Below are positions 1 through 11,604 of a stretch of 64,000 bases of DNA, piece after piece; the first letter of the stretch is position 1; each line of letters starts with the position of its first letter. The stretch spans positions 557-64,556 of the forward strand of contig JAAYCO010000094.1 in NCBI GenBank assembly GCA_012729725.1, in the 5' to 3' direction. The DNA is from Planctomycetota bacterium (GTDB taxonomy: Bacteria; Planctomycetota; Phycisphaerae; SM23-33). The notes under the pieces are model-generated. The model ran no database searches and was not told where the DNA came from. It was given only the letters and a program-made list of their open reading frames with translations. A program made the translations under genes and the position numbers.

Positions 1-43
1 CCCCGATAGCCCCCATCAGGGCGTTGGCGAGCCGCAAGGGGCA

Positions 44-285
44 AAAAACGACACCAAATCTACAAGTCCCGTTAACATCAGGGGTTACGCGCGACACCAA
101 ATGGAGCGGCATGACTTCCCTGCCGCCGAAGGGCGCCAGATGCTGTTGTGTGAGATCAGGTCGGCTGGGCATCATTTTCCGGATAGCGGAAGATCAGGGC
201 GGTGGGAAACGGCGGTGGGTGAAAAACGGCACCAAATTGGCAAGTTCATATAGGCCAAGCATTTACGCGCGACACCAAATGGAGC
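44..285 (+). repeat. Two direct copies of a ~64-bp element (44-107 and 222-285), about 70% identical and 178 bp apart. Each begins aaaaacgRcaccaaat and ends ttacgcgcgacaccaaatggagc, so the core gacaccaaat occurs four times.
   Basis: Read directly. The 23-nt string ttacgcgcgacaccaaatggagc is identical at 85-107 and 263-285. aaaaacgacaccaaat at 44-59 matches aaaaacggcaccaaat at 222-237. Confidence 0.6.
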
Positions 286-686
286 CAGCGTTGTAGTCAG
301 GATTCCACAACACAATAACCCCTATGCTGCCATTGACGGCGTTGGGCTGGTCGAGTTGGTGAATCAAGTCTCGATGTCGGCAGGGCGGGTGCTTTCGGCC
401 ATGACGATGCTGGTCATCAAGGGCATAGTGGCCCAGTCGGCAGGTAACGTGTTCAGGCTCAAGATGAGCTAAAAGGCATTTCTGTCGCGATAAAACGTGG
501 AGCGGCAATGCTGTGGTCTGATGCCCCGGACAAAAAGAACGCCCTTCGCCGCTTTCGCACTTTTTGCGATTTTTCGGTGCGCCCGTCGCGAATCCCTGGT
601 TCTTGCCAATAGCTCATTCGTATGGTAAGGTGCGTCGATTCCATGGCGGCGGTGCTCCGGCCGCCTTCGCCCCATAATCAGGACGG

Positions 687-4151
<3,465 letters not shown>

Positions 4152-4158
4152 GTCATTT

Positions 4159-4827
4159 ATGACCGGTGAAGAGGCTTCGACAGAGCGACGGCGATTGCTG
4201 GTGTTCGGAGGCACATTCGACCCGGTTCACAATGGCCACTTGATCGTGGCCCGCTACGTAGCGGAGGCTCTGGGGTTCGCCAAGGTTGTTCTTGTTCCCA
4301 CCGGCGTGCCGCCGCACAAATCCGGGACGCGGGCCGACGCCAAATGGCGGCTGGAAATGCTGCGTGCTGCCGTGGCGGGGGATGACCTCTTCGTGGTGGA
4401 CGACCTGGAGATGCGCCGCCAGGGTCAAAGCTACACGTTCGACACCATCATGGCGCTTCGCCGCCAACACGGATGGGACACCGGCATCTTCTGGGTGATC
4501 GGCGCCGACATGGTCGAAGACTTGCCCAAGTGGCGACGAGTTCGCGAAGTGCTGGACGCCGCCAGAATCATCATCGCGGCCAGGCCGCCGTGGGACCAGG
4601 ACATGCCGCGGATATTGGATGGGCTGGCAGGGAGGTTGAGCGCCGAGCACGTGGCCCAGCTTCGAAAATCCGTGGTCGCCACGCCGCTGGTGGACATTTC
4701 ATCCACCGACATCCGCAGCAGGGTCCGGCAAGGCAAAAGCATCAAATATCTGACGCCCGAAAGCGTCGTCAGTATCATCGACGCCGCCCTTTTGTACAAA
4801 GAAAGGGAAATACCGCAAAAATCCTAA
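4159..4827 (+). CDS. nadD: Nicotinate-nucleotide adenylyltransferase
   Basis: LLVFGGTFDPVHNGHL is the (H/T)xGH nucleotidyltransferase motif. Size of 222 aa and position 8 nt after carB also fit. Confidence 0.85.
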   Translation: MTGEEASTERRRLLVFGGTFDPVHNGHLIVARYVAEALGFAKVVLVPTGVPPHKSGTRADAKWRLEMLRAAVAGDDLFVVDDLEMRRQGQSYTFDTIMALRRQHGWDTGIFWVIGADMVEDLPKWRRVREVLDAARIIIAARPPWDQDMPRILDGLAGRLSAEHVAQLRKSVVATPLVDISSTDIRSRVRQGKSIKYLTPESVVSIIDAALLYKEREIPQKS

Positions 4828-4845
4828 ATATGCCCTAGCTTTTCC

Positions 4846-4873
4846 TTGACATGGGGCAAATATGTTATATAAA
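4846..4873 (+). promoter_or_regulatory. Sigma70-like promoter, TTGACA-16-TATAAA, between the convergent nadD and sod genes
   Basis: TTGACA at 4846-4851 and TATAAA at 4868-4873 are read directly. No annotated gene lies downstream on this strand. Confidence 0.25.
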
Positions 4874-4879
4874 GGAATG

Positions 4880-4968
4880 TGATGCTTAACGGTGAGGCTC
4901 CTCGGTCATTGCCCCTCCTTTGACCGAGTTCCGGCGTCAGGCTCCCCTCCCCTGACGCCGATTTTTTT
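4880..4968 (+). ncRNA. Candidate short (~90 nt) transcript running from the promoter to the intrinsic terminator
   Basis: Inferred only from promoter-plus-terminator geometry. There is no convincing peptide in it; the 85-aa track ORF 4892..5149 runs through the terminator into the sod antisense strand. Confidence 0.15.
4933..4968 (+). terminator. Rho-independent terminator with a perfect 9-bp stem ggcgtcagg/cctgacgcc, loop ctcccctcc, then gaTTTTTTTa
   Basis: Stem, loop and T-run are read directly. It lies 106 nt after the nadD stop and immediately after the sod stop on the other strand, where the hairpin alone may also serve. Confidence 0.55.
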
Positions 4969-4979
4969 ACCCCCAAATA

Positions 4980-5618
4980 TCATTCTGCGGTCTTTGTTGG
5001 CCTGTATCTCCCGGCCACGTGCGACCAATCGACCATTTCCAGGAAACTGTCCATCCATCTTGATCTGTTCTGGCCGTATACGGGCTGGTATGCGTGCTCC
5101 CACATGTCGCAAACCAGCAGCGGCTTTACGGGCCAGGCCTGGGCATTGATCAGCTCGCCTGTGTGAAAAATGATAAGCTTGCCGTCCGGCTGGTAGCCCA
5201 TTATGCCCCATCCCCGGCTGTCGATGCTGGCGCACAGCGACGCAAACAGCGTCACGGCCGAAACGACGGAACCATACTGCTGCTCCATGGCCTCGCCAAG
5301 ATTATCAGGGACTCTGGGCAGAGCCGAAGGAGAAAGCACCCGCCAGAACAGGCAGTGCATTGCGTGTTCCCAGGCCCATAGCGAGAGCGTTCGAGTCATG
5401 GCTCTGGGAATGCGGCCTTCGACGCACCATTGTTCATCCCTGGCCTGCTCGACCATGCGGTTGAGCATCGACACGATCTTGTTGTGTATGCCGTAGTGCG
5501 ACGCCAGCAATTCCTCAGGATACGCCTCGCCCAGTCCGTCAGGGGCGTAACCAAGCGGCGGCAGGGCGAAACGCCCCTCCTCGGCGGCGCCGATATCGCC
5601 GAACACCGACTCGATCAT
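4980..5618 (-). CDS. Fe/Mn-family superoxide dismutase. The track ORF extends to 5744, but the SOD fold begins near the internal Met in MIESVFGDIGAAEEGRFALPPLGY.
   Basis: FALPPLGYAPDGLGEAYPEELLASHYGIHNK aligns with the SOD N-terminal FxLPxLPYxxDALEPxISxxTxExHHxKHH region. DMWEHAYQ matches the C-terminal DVWEHAYY signature. The metal ligands appear conserved. Confidence 0.8.
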   Translation of the reverse strand: MIESVFGDIGAAEEGRFALPPLGYAPDGLGEAYPEELLASHYGIHNKIVSMLNRMVEQARDEQWCVEGRIPRAMTRTLSLWAWEHAMHCLFWRVLSPSALPRVPDNLGEAMEQQYGSVVSAVTLFASLCASIDSRGWGIMGYQPDGKLIIFHTGELINAQAWPVKPLLVCDMWEHAYQPVYGQNRSRWMDSFLEMVDWSHVAGRYRPTKTAE

Positions 5619-5879
5619 CTCCAGAATGTCCGGATACAGGTCAACGGTTCCTGTTGACGCCGACAGGCTCGACAGGCGCGCCACGCATGGCCTTCCATCG
5701 CTTGTGCCTGATACACGCACACACACGATAATTCCCTCCGGCATCCCCTTATTGGCTTCTACGGTGGCGGCTTGGGCTGGTGCGTTATGCCTTCATCCGA
5801 TTGTTCCTGTTCTTTGAATAGGCAAAACCCCTATGCCAATGATCCTCACAAGGGCGTCATTTCGTATAATGCAGTGATC

Positions 5880-7223
5880 ATGCAGAAACGTTCGGCAGTA
5901 CTGGAATCGCTTCGTGAGAAGGCCGCTCAATTGCCGGCCAGTCCTGGTGTGTATCTGTTCAAGGACGCCGCCGGGGTCGTGCTGTATGTCGGCAAGGCGA
6001 AAAACCTGCGAAGTCGCGTCGGCAGCTACTTTCAGCCATCCGCCGACCTTCTTGCCGCGCGCGGCCCGGACATCGAGCGGATGATCTCAAAGCTGGTCAT
6101 GGACATCGATTACCTTGAATGCGACAGCGAAGTAGACGCGGTTCTGCGCGAAAGCAGGCTGATAAAGGACATTCAGCCGCGGTTCAACGCCGCGATGAAG
6201 GACGACAAGAGCTTTCCCTATCTTCAAATAACGACCGACGAGGATTTTCCGCGCGTCGCGATAACACGCCAGCCCAGAACCAGCGGCGTGAAGCTCTATG
6301 GCCCGTTTGTGACGCCGGCGGACCTTCGGGCTTCATTGCCGCTAATGCAGCGCGTATTCAAGTTTCGCACGTGCAAGCTGGACATATTTGACGAAGACGA
6401 ATCGCGTCGCATGTTCCGGCCCTGCATATTGCACAACATCAAGCAATGCACAGCGCCGTGCGGTGCGCGAGTAAGCAGGGAAGATTACCTGCTCCAGATA
6501 CGGCATCTGCGGCAGTTTCTGGAATCGAAAGGCTCGCAGATTCGGCGCGAGCTGACCGAGAAGATGAAGTCTGCTGCCGCCGAACTGGATTTCGAACAGG
6601 CTGCGCGTTACCGCGACGAACTGCGGGCGCTGGAGGGGCTTCAGAAGCGCGGGCTTGTTCATGAGCATCTTCAGCCTGAGGTCTTCTACATCGACGCCAG
6701 CGAGGGGCTGGCCCGGCTGCCCGGCGTGCTTGGCGTTGAAGGCCCGGTGAGAACCATCGAGGGCATCGACATCGCCCACCTCGGCGGCCAGGAGCAGGTG
6801 GGCGCCCTGGTGTGCTTCATAGACGGCAAGCCGTTCAAGAGCGCTTACCGGCGATACCGAATCAAGACCGTGCAGGGGGCGGACGATTTCGCATCTATCC
6901 GGGAAGTTGTAAGCAGGCGATATAGACAGGCGGGCATGAACGAGGAGCTGTTCCCCGACGTCATCCTGATTGACGGGGGCAAGGGCCAGCTCTCGGCTGC
7001 GAGTCAGGCGTTCGACGGCCTCGACGCAAAACCCCCGGTGCTGCTGTCGCTGGCCAAGAAGGAAGAAGAGATATACGTCCATGGAAGCAAGGCGCCGATC
7101 AGACTTTCCAGGCACGACCCGGCCCTTCGCATTCTTCAGGCGGTGCGCGACGAGGCTCACCGCTTCGCGCAGCAATACCATCACATCCTGCGCAAAAAGG
7201 CCACTCTGGAGCAGGGCGAGTAG
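5880..7223 (+). CDS. uvrC: Excinuclease ABC subunit C, short form of about 447 aa. It has the GIY-YIG, UvrB-binding and RNase-H-like domains but no C-terminal (HhH)2 domain.
   Basis: GVYLFKDAAGVVLYVGKAKNLRSRVGSYF is the GIY-YIG motif. ARYRDELRALEG is the UvrBC domain. IDGGKGQL followed by RDEAHRFAQQYHHILRKK ends the endonuclease domain, and the ORF stops right after it. Start set at the in-frame ATG 5880 (MQKRSAV). Confidence 0.85.
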   Translation: MQKRSAVLESLREKAAQLPASPGVYLFKDAAGVVLYVGKAKNLRSRVGSYFQPSADLLAARGPDIERMISKLVMDIDYLECDSEVDAVLRESRLIKDIQPRFNAAMKDDKSFPYLQITTDEDFPRVAITRQPRTSGVKLYGPFVTPADLRASLPLMQRVFKFRTCKLDIFDEDESRRMFRPCILHNIKQCTAPCGARVSREDYLLQIRHLRQFLESKGSQIRRELTEKMKSAAAELDFEQAARYRDELRALEGLQKRGLVHEHLQPEVFYIDASEGLARLPGVLGVEGPVRTIEGIDIAHLGGQEQVGALVCFIDGKPFKSAYRRYRIKTVQGADDFASIREVVSRRYRQAGMNEELFPDVILIDGGKGQLSAASQAFDGLDAKPPVLLSLAKKEEEIYVHGSKAPIRLSRHDPALRILQAVRDEAHRFAQQYHHILRKKATLEQGE

Positions 7224-7317
7224 GCGCTGTAATTCTTGCACCGCAAGGGTGTTGCACTATGCATGCGCGGGCGTTGGGGCTTACAATGCGCCGCAGGCAT
7301 GGCAACAGGAATGAATC

Positions 7318-8634
7318 ATGAAGATCGGCAGGAGCTCCACAAGCAAGTCCACTGATGCAATGCGTCGCGCGAAAAGCGTTCTCGTTGGCGGCGTCAATTC
7401 GCCCGTGCGGGCCTTCTGCGCCGTCGGCGGAGAGCCACCGTTCATCGCAAGCGGCAGAGGCGCCATAGTGACGGATGTGGACGGAAACAACTACATCGAC
7501 TATGTCGGCAGCTACGGCCCGGCCATCCTTGGGCACGCTCATCCGGATGTCGTTGCCGCAATCGCGGATGCCGCCGGCAACGGCGCCGGCTTCGGCGCCC
7601 CGACCGAGCTTGAGATTCATCTTGCGCAGGCCATCGTTTCGTTCATGCCCTCGATAGAGAAGGTTCGCTTTGTAAGCAGCGGCACCGAGGCGGTCATGAC
7701 GGCGATCCGTCTGGCGAGGGGCGTCACCGGCAGGGCGGGCGTCATAAAGTGCATCGGCTGCTACCACGGTCACAGCGATGCGATGCTGGTTTCCGCCGGG
7801 AGCGGCGCAACCACGTTGGGGCATCCCAGTTCGCCCGGCGTTCCACCGGGCGCAGCCGCAGACACGATGCTTGTGCCGTATAACGATGTCGAGGCAATCC
7901 GGCGGGTTCTGACAACCCACGACAAGCATGTCGCGGCGGTGCTGGTTGAAGGCGTGGCCGGAAACATGGGCGTTGTTCCCCCGCATGAAGGTTATCTGCC
8001 GTCGCTGCGCGCGCTGTGCGACGAGTTCCATGTGCTTCTGATACTCGACGAGGTGATGACCGGATTCCGCCTTGCGCCCGGCGGAGCGCAGCAGATTTAC
8101 GGCGTCCGCCCGGACATAACCACGCTGGGAAAGATTATCGGCGGCGGCCTGCCCGTTGGGGCGGTTGGGGCAAGCGCCCGAATAATGGACCACCTTTCGC
8201 CCGTAGGCTCGGTTTACCAGGCGGGCACGCTGTCGGGCAATCCAGTCACCATGGCTGCGGGGCTTGCAACGTTGCGGGAATTAGGCAGGGACGGCTTCTA
8301 CGACAGGCTTGAAGCCAAGTGCGCGGTTCTTGAGGCGCGACTGCGTGAGCAGATTTCGAAATGCCAACTGAGCGACGCCCTCTGCCTTAACCGGGTCGGC
8401 AGCATGATGACGCTTTTCTTCAGACGCGGGCCCATAACCAACTACGCTGATGCAACTGGCGGCAACACTGCCGCGTTTGCTGCCTTCTTCAATTCCATGC
8501 TTGATTCCGGCGTCTATCTGCCTCCCAGCCAGTACGAGGCCATGTTCATCTCGGCAGCACACGATGAACGGCATATCGAGCACACAGCTTCCGCAGCCAA
8601 AACTGCGCTCCAGGCCGCTGCAAAGGTTATGTAG
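7318..8634 (+). CDS. hemL: Glutamate-1-semialdehyde 2,1-aminomutase
   Basis: VLVGGVNSPVRAF and FIASGRGAIVTDVDGNNYIDYVGSYGPAILGHAHPDV mark a class-III PLP enzyme of the HemL type, 438 aa. Confidence 0.9.
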   Translation: MKIGRSSTSKSTDAMRRAKSVLVGGVNSPVRAFCAVGGEPPFIASGRGAIVTDVDGNNYIDYVGSYGPAILGHAHPDVVAAIADAAGNGAGFGAPTELEIHLAQAIVSFMPSIEKVRFVSSGTEAVMTAIRLARGVTGRAGVIKCIGCYHGHSDAMLVSAGSGATTLGHPSSPGVPPGAAADTMLVPYNDVEAIRRVLTTHDKHVAAVLVEGVAGNMGVVPPHEGYLPSLRALCDEFHVLLILDEVMTGFRLAPGGAQQIYGVRPDITTLGKIIGGGLPVGAVGASARIMDHLSPVGSVYQAGTLSGNPVTMAAGLATLRELGRDGFYDRLEAKCAVLEARLREQISKCQLSDALCLNRVGSMMTLFFRRGPITNYADATGGNTAAFAAFFNSMLDSGVYLPPSQYEAMFISAAHDERHIEHTASAAKTALQAAAKVM

Positions 8635-8731
8635 CGGAAGGGTCCATGAGCCCCCGCCGCCCTGACCGATAAAGCACGTGAGGCGGTTGTGCGCGCGCAT
8701 TTGCCCGCGACGCCCAAGACAGGAGCAGGAA

Positions 8732-9433
8732 ATGAACGTTCAATCCGAAAATGGCAACGAGTTCGCCGTTGCTTTGCGGTCCGCCCAAAAGGCAAGAAAC
8801 ATTGCCCTTGTGGTTCTGGCGGCAGCGCTTGTTTCGCAGATCGTCGTATTCTCGATGGTTCGCTGGGGCGGCTGGCTTGACGATGCCTGGAAGCCCGCGC
8901 TCCTGTCTGATCCGGTTGCGGCAACCGAGCCTGCAAGCCAACCGGCGCAAGTCGAGGCCGAGGGTCTTGATGCGGGGCAACGCAGGGAATTGCTCAACTG
9001 GATTCTGGCGGCTGGGAAGTTCTTCGGCTTTGCGTCGTCCGCGTTTCTGTGCGTTGTGCTGGCGTTTGCTCTGAGCTTTGTAATGTTGGGCCGGCTTGGC
9101 GGCACAGCCTCGATGGCTGGGGCGTTCTTCTGGTCTGTTGTGCTGCTTGCGGCGCTGACGCCATGGCAGCAGATATACGCCGGATCATTCGCCTGCGGCG
9201 CCTCGTTCAATCTTGGAGAGCTTGAATCGCATCTGCGGGCGGTCAAGCCCGAATGGGGCGGCGCCGAGACTTCGCTTCTGCGGCATCTGCACGTTTACGT
9301 TCGCTTCTTCATGTATCCGCTGGCGACAGTGATGCTGTCGGTGGTGGTTTGCGCAAAAACCCTGATCGGATCGAAGCGCAGCGAAAAAATCCTGCCTGTG
9401 AATGAAACTTCTTCCAGCGAGCAGAGTCAATAG
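8732..9433 (+). CDS. Hypothetical integral membrane protein with about 4 TM segments
   Basis: Hydrophobic helices are read directly. Start taken at the ATG preceded by AGGAG (MNVQSENG). No family recognised. Confidence 0.45.
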   Translation: MNVQSENGNEFAVALRSAQKARNIALVVLAAALVSQIVVFSMVRWGGWLDDAWKPALLSDPVAATEPASQPAQVEAEGLDAGQRRELLNWILAAGKFFGFASSAFLCVVLAFALSFVMLGRLGGTASMAGAFFWSVVLLAALTPWQQIYAGSFACGASFNLGELESHLRAVKPEWGGAETSLLRHLHVYVRFFMYPLATVMLSVVVCAKTLIGSKRSEKILPVNETSSSEQSQ

Positions 9434-9472
9434 TATCGGCCAAGGGTGCAGGCGTGGAATTGGATCGTGTGC

Positions 9473-9727
9473 CTACTGTTCGCGGCGAGCCAGGTATGTC
9501 TGCCGGATGTCGCGCAGGGCATAGCCGCTTTCGTTCAGCTTTCTGATCAGCCTGATGCGGCGGATGAGCGAGTGGTCGAAGAACCGGCCCCTTCCTTTAC
9601 CGTTTCGCATAGGGCGAATAAGGCCCAGCATTATGTAGTATTCAATCGTCTGGCCGCTGACCTTCGCCGCTTTTGCCGCGGCCGAAATGCGGTAGAGCTT
9701 TTCACATACTGGTTCTTCACGCACCAT
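9473..9727 (-). CDS. Minimal 84-aa MerR-family HTH protein with no effector domain
   Basis: LYRISAAAKAAKVSGQTIEYYIMLGLIRP is a MerR-type HTH. A short dimerisation helix follows. Confidence 0.55.
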   Translation of the reverse strand: MVREEPVCEKLYRISAAAKAAKVSGQTIEYYIMLGLIRPMRNGKGRGRFFDHSLIRRIRLIRKLNESGYALRDIRQTYLARREQ

Positions 9728-9756
9728 TTGTGGTAGACTTTACCCTGAAGGGGCGG

Positions 9757-10314
9757 ATGATGGAATTACTCGGACAATCTTTTTTTGACAATCCCGTTCC
9801 ACTGCTGGCGGCCTTGGGCGTTATCTGGATTGGCCTGCTGGCCGGGTGGTGGGCGAAACGCGACCGCAGGTTGATGATCGGCCTGCTTGTTACGCCTGTC
9901 GTGGGCGCCGCAGCCGTGCTGGCCTCCTGGATGGTGCAAACCCCCGAAGAAGACATAGAACAACGCACCGAGGAACTTGCCGCCATCATCATGCGCAACG
10001 ACTGGCAGAAGGTTCAATCGTATCTTGCCGACGATCTTGACGGCCCATACGGAAATAAAGAGCAAATGCTGCTGCTGGCGAAGACCGTAGTGCGGCGAAT
10101 GAACGTCAGTTCCGCCAAGATCGTCAGCAACAATGTGGAGTTCGTGGAAGACATCGCCGTCTCGCGAGTCAAAGCGAAGATCAGCTACGATGGCGAGCTT
10201 GGCCCGGCGATGTACGTAACCGGCTGGATGGTCTACTGGGCGTGGCGCGACAACGACTGGAAGATCATCTCGGTGAGCCCTGAACAGCCGTTGCCGCGCG
10301 GCGGCTTTCTATAG
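9757..10314 (+). CDS. Hypothetical membrane-anchored protein, possibly an NTF2/SnoaL-like fold
   Basis: An N-terminal TM helix (LLAALGVIWIGLLAGWW...) precedes a soluble domain. Start taken at internal ATG (MMELL). Convergently overlaps the GT4 gene by 50 nt. Confidence 0.4.
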   Translation: MMELLGQSFFDNPVPLLAALGVIWIGLLAGWWAKRDRRLMIGLLVTPVVGAAAVLASWMVQTPEEDIEQRTEELAAIIMRNDWQKVQSYLADDLDGPYGNKEQMLLLAKTVVRRMNVSSAKIVSNNVEFVEDIAVSRVKAKISYDGELGPAMYVTGWMVYWAWRDNDWKIISVSPEQPLPRGGFL

Positions 10315-11458
10315 CGCCGCCATCCTCGCGGCCGGACCTGAACTCGCTCCACTGCCGGGCGAGATATTCCGCCAATCGTCGCCTGCATAAGGCCGAGTCG
10401 AACCGGCAGGCGTTGCGGCGAATCACCCGTTCGTCCGGTCGCGGCAGTTGCTCGAAATGCTCCACCGCCTGGACAATCGCATCGGGAGTGGGGGAATCGA
10501 AGAAAACGCCGGTTTCACGGTCGATTACTATTTCCGCGCTGCCGCCGTGGTTAAGGACAATCGCCGGGCAGCCGCAGGCTTGGGCCTCCACCGTGGTAAT
10601 GCCAAAGTCTTCTGATGCGGCGAAAACAAAGGCCTTGGCCTTGCGCATGTAGTCTCGCAGGGCCTCGCGGGATTGCCACCCCAGGAATTCGATGTTGGGT
10701 CCGGCAAGACGGCGTAATTGCTTCATCTGCCCGCCCTCGCCGATAACAACCAGACGCCTGTGGGGCATCATGCCGAAAGCCCGGACAACTGCATCAACCC
10801 TTTTGTAAGGCGCCAGGCGGGATGCGCACAGGTAGAAGTTCCGGCGCTTCTGGCCGGGGGTGAAATACGCGACGTCCACCGGCGGGTAAACAACCTCGCT
10901 CTGTCGCCTGTACGCCTTGCGGATTCTGCCGGCCACGAATTGAGAATTGGCAATAAAACTGTCAACGCCGTTAGCCGTGCGCGAATCCCACATTCTCAGG
11001 TAGTGAAGCATCGCCCTTGCAAGAAGTCCGCGTGCGCCGTGGTCCAGACCGGACTTCTGCAGGTACTCGTGCTGAAGATCCCAGGCATATCTCATCGGCG
11101 AATGGCATATGCACACATGCAACTGGTTCCCTGATGTAATGACGCCCTTGGCCACCGCGTGCGAGTTGGAGATGACCATGTCATAGCCGGTCATGTCGAA
11201 CTGCTCCACGGCCCAGGGCATGAGCGGCAGATAGCTTCTGAACTTGCGCCTGGCCAGCGGCAGTCGCTGAATGAAGCTGGTGCGAACCACTCTGCCGCCC
11301 AGAAACCCGCGATGGGCATGGGGCATGAAGTCCACGATGGCGAAGACATCAGCCTGCGGCAGGACGCCAAGCACCTCGGCGAGATATCTCTCAGATCCCA
11401 GAGGCGTCTCCAGCCACTCATGTACGACTGCGACCCGCAGATGTTGAAGGTCATTCAT
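10265..11458 (-). CDS. Glycosyltransferase family 4 (GT-B fold)
   Basis: The C-terminal EDFGITTVEAQACGCPAIVLNHGGSAEIVIDRETG is the GT1/GT4 EX7E region. Start taken at internal ATG (MNDLQHLRVAVVHEW). Confidence 0.8.
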   Translation of the reverse strand: MNDLQHLRVAVVHEWLETPLGSERYLAEVLGVLPQADVFAIVDFMPHAHRGFLGGRVVRTSFIQRLPLARRKFRSYLPLMPWAVEQFDMTGYDMVISNSHAVAKGVITSGNQLHVCICHSPMRYAWDLQHEYLQKSGLDHGARGLLARAMLHYLRMWDSRTANGVDSFIANSQFVAGRIRKAYRRQSEVVYPPVDVAYFTPGQKRRNFYLCASRLAPYKRVDAVVRAFGMMPHRRLVVIGEGGQMKQLRRLAGPNIEFLGWQSREALRDYMRKAKAFVFAASEDFGITTVEAQACGCPAIVLNHGGSAEIVIDRETGVFFDSPTPDAIVQAVEHFEQLPRPDERVIRRNACRFDSALCRRRLAEYLARQWSEFRSGREDGGAIESRRAATAVQGSPR

Positions 11459-11534
11459 CGGTCGAATTGTAGCGCCAGGCGTAGTTGATCCACGCCGGAA
11501 CCTGCCGACGCGCAATGCGCCGCTTTCAAGACTG

Positions 11535-11569
11535 TTGACGGCAAGAAGGCTCATGGTAGAATCAGTATC
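11535..11569 (+). promoter_or_regulatory. Sigma70-like promoter, TTGACG-16-(TGg)TAGAAT, upstream of the regulator/Hyf-like operon
   Basis: ttgacggcaagaaggctcatggtagaat is read directly. GAGAGG SD and the ATG follow about 35 nt downstream. Confidence 0.3.
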
Positions 11570-11604
11570 CTTAATTTCCTCTAGTTGGCCACAGAAGAGA
11601 GAGG

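Noticed and set aside
44-285. Possible CRISPR array suggested by repeated 23-nt strings
   Set aside because: Only two copies, spaced 178 bp apart. The intervening segment is not spacer-like in size and there are no further repeats, so it is a duplicated element rather than a CRISPR array.
509-686. carB leader elements: TTGCCA-17-TAAGGT and a GC hairpin ggcggcggtgctccggccgcc
   Set aside because: The match to promoter consensus is weak and no U-tract follows the hairpin. Attenuator or promoter roles are not supportable without transcript data.
4980-5744. 254-aa extended form of the SOD ORF
   Set aside because: The extra 42 N-terminal residues have no SOD homology and no signal-peptide character. 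The SOD alignment begins right after the internal Met, so the shorter start was preferred.
6342-7241. 299-aa minus-strand ORF antisense to uvrC, and the 114-aa plus-strand ORF at 6970..7314
   Set aside because: Both overlap uvrC with no homology. The plus-strand one was checked as a possible frameshifted HhH domain and contains no helix-hairpin-helix signature.
7224-7317. Possible promoter with repeated TTGCAC hexamers and TACAAT upstream of hemL
   Set aside because: The -35/-10 spacing does not fit a sigma70 geometry of 16-18 nt, so no confident call was made.
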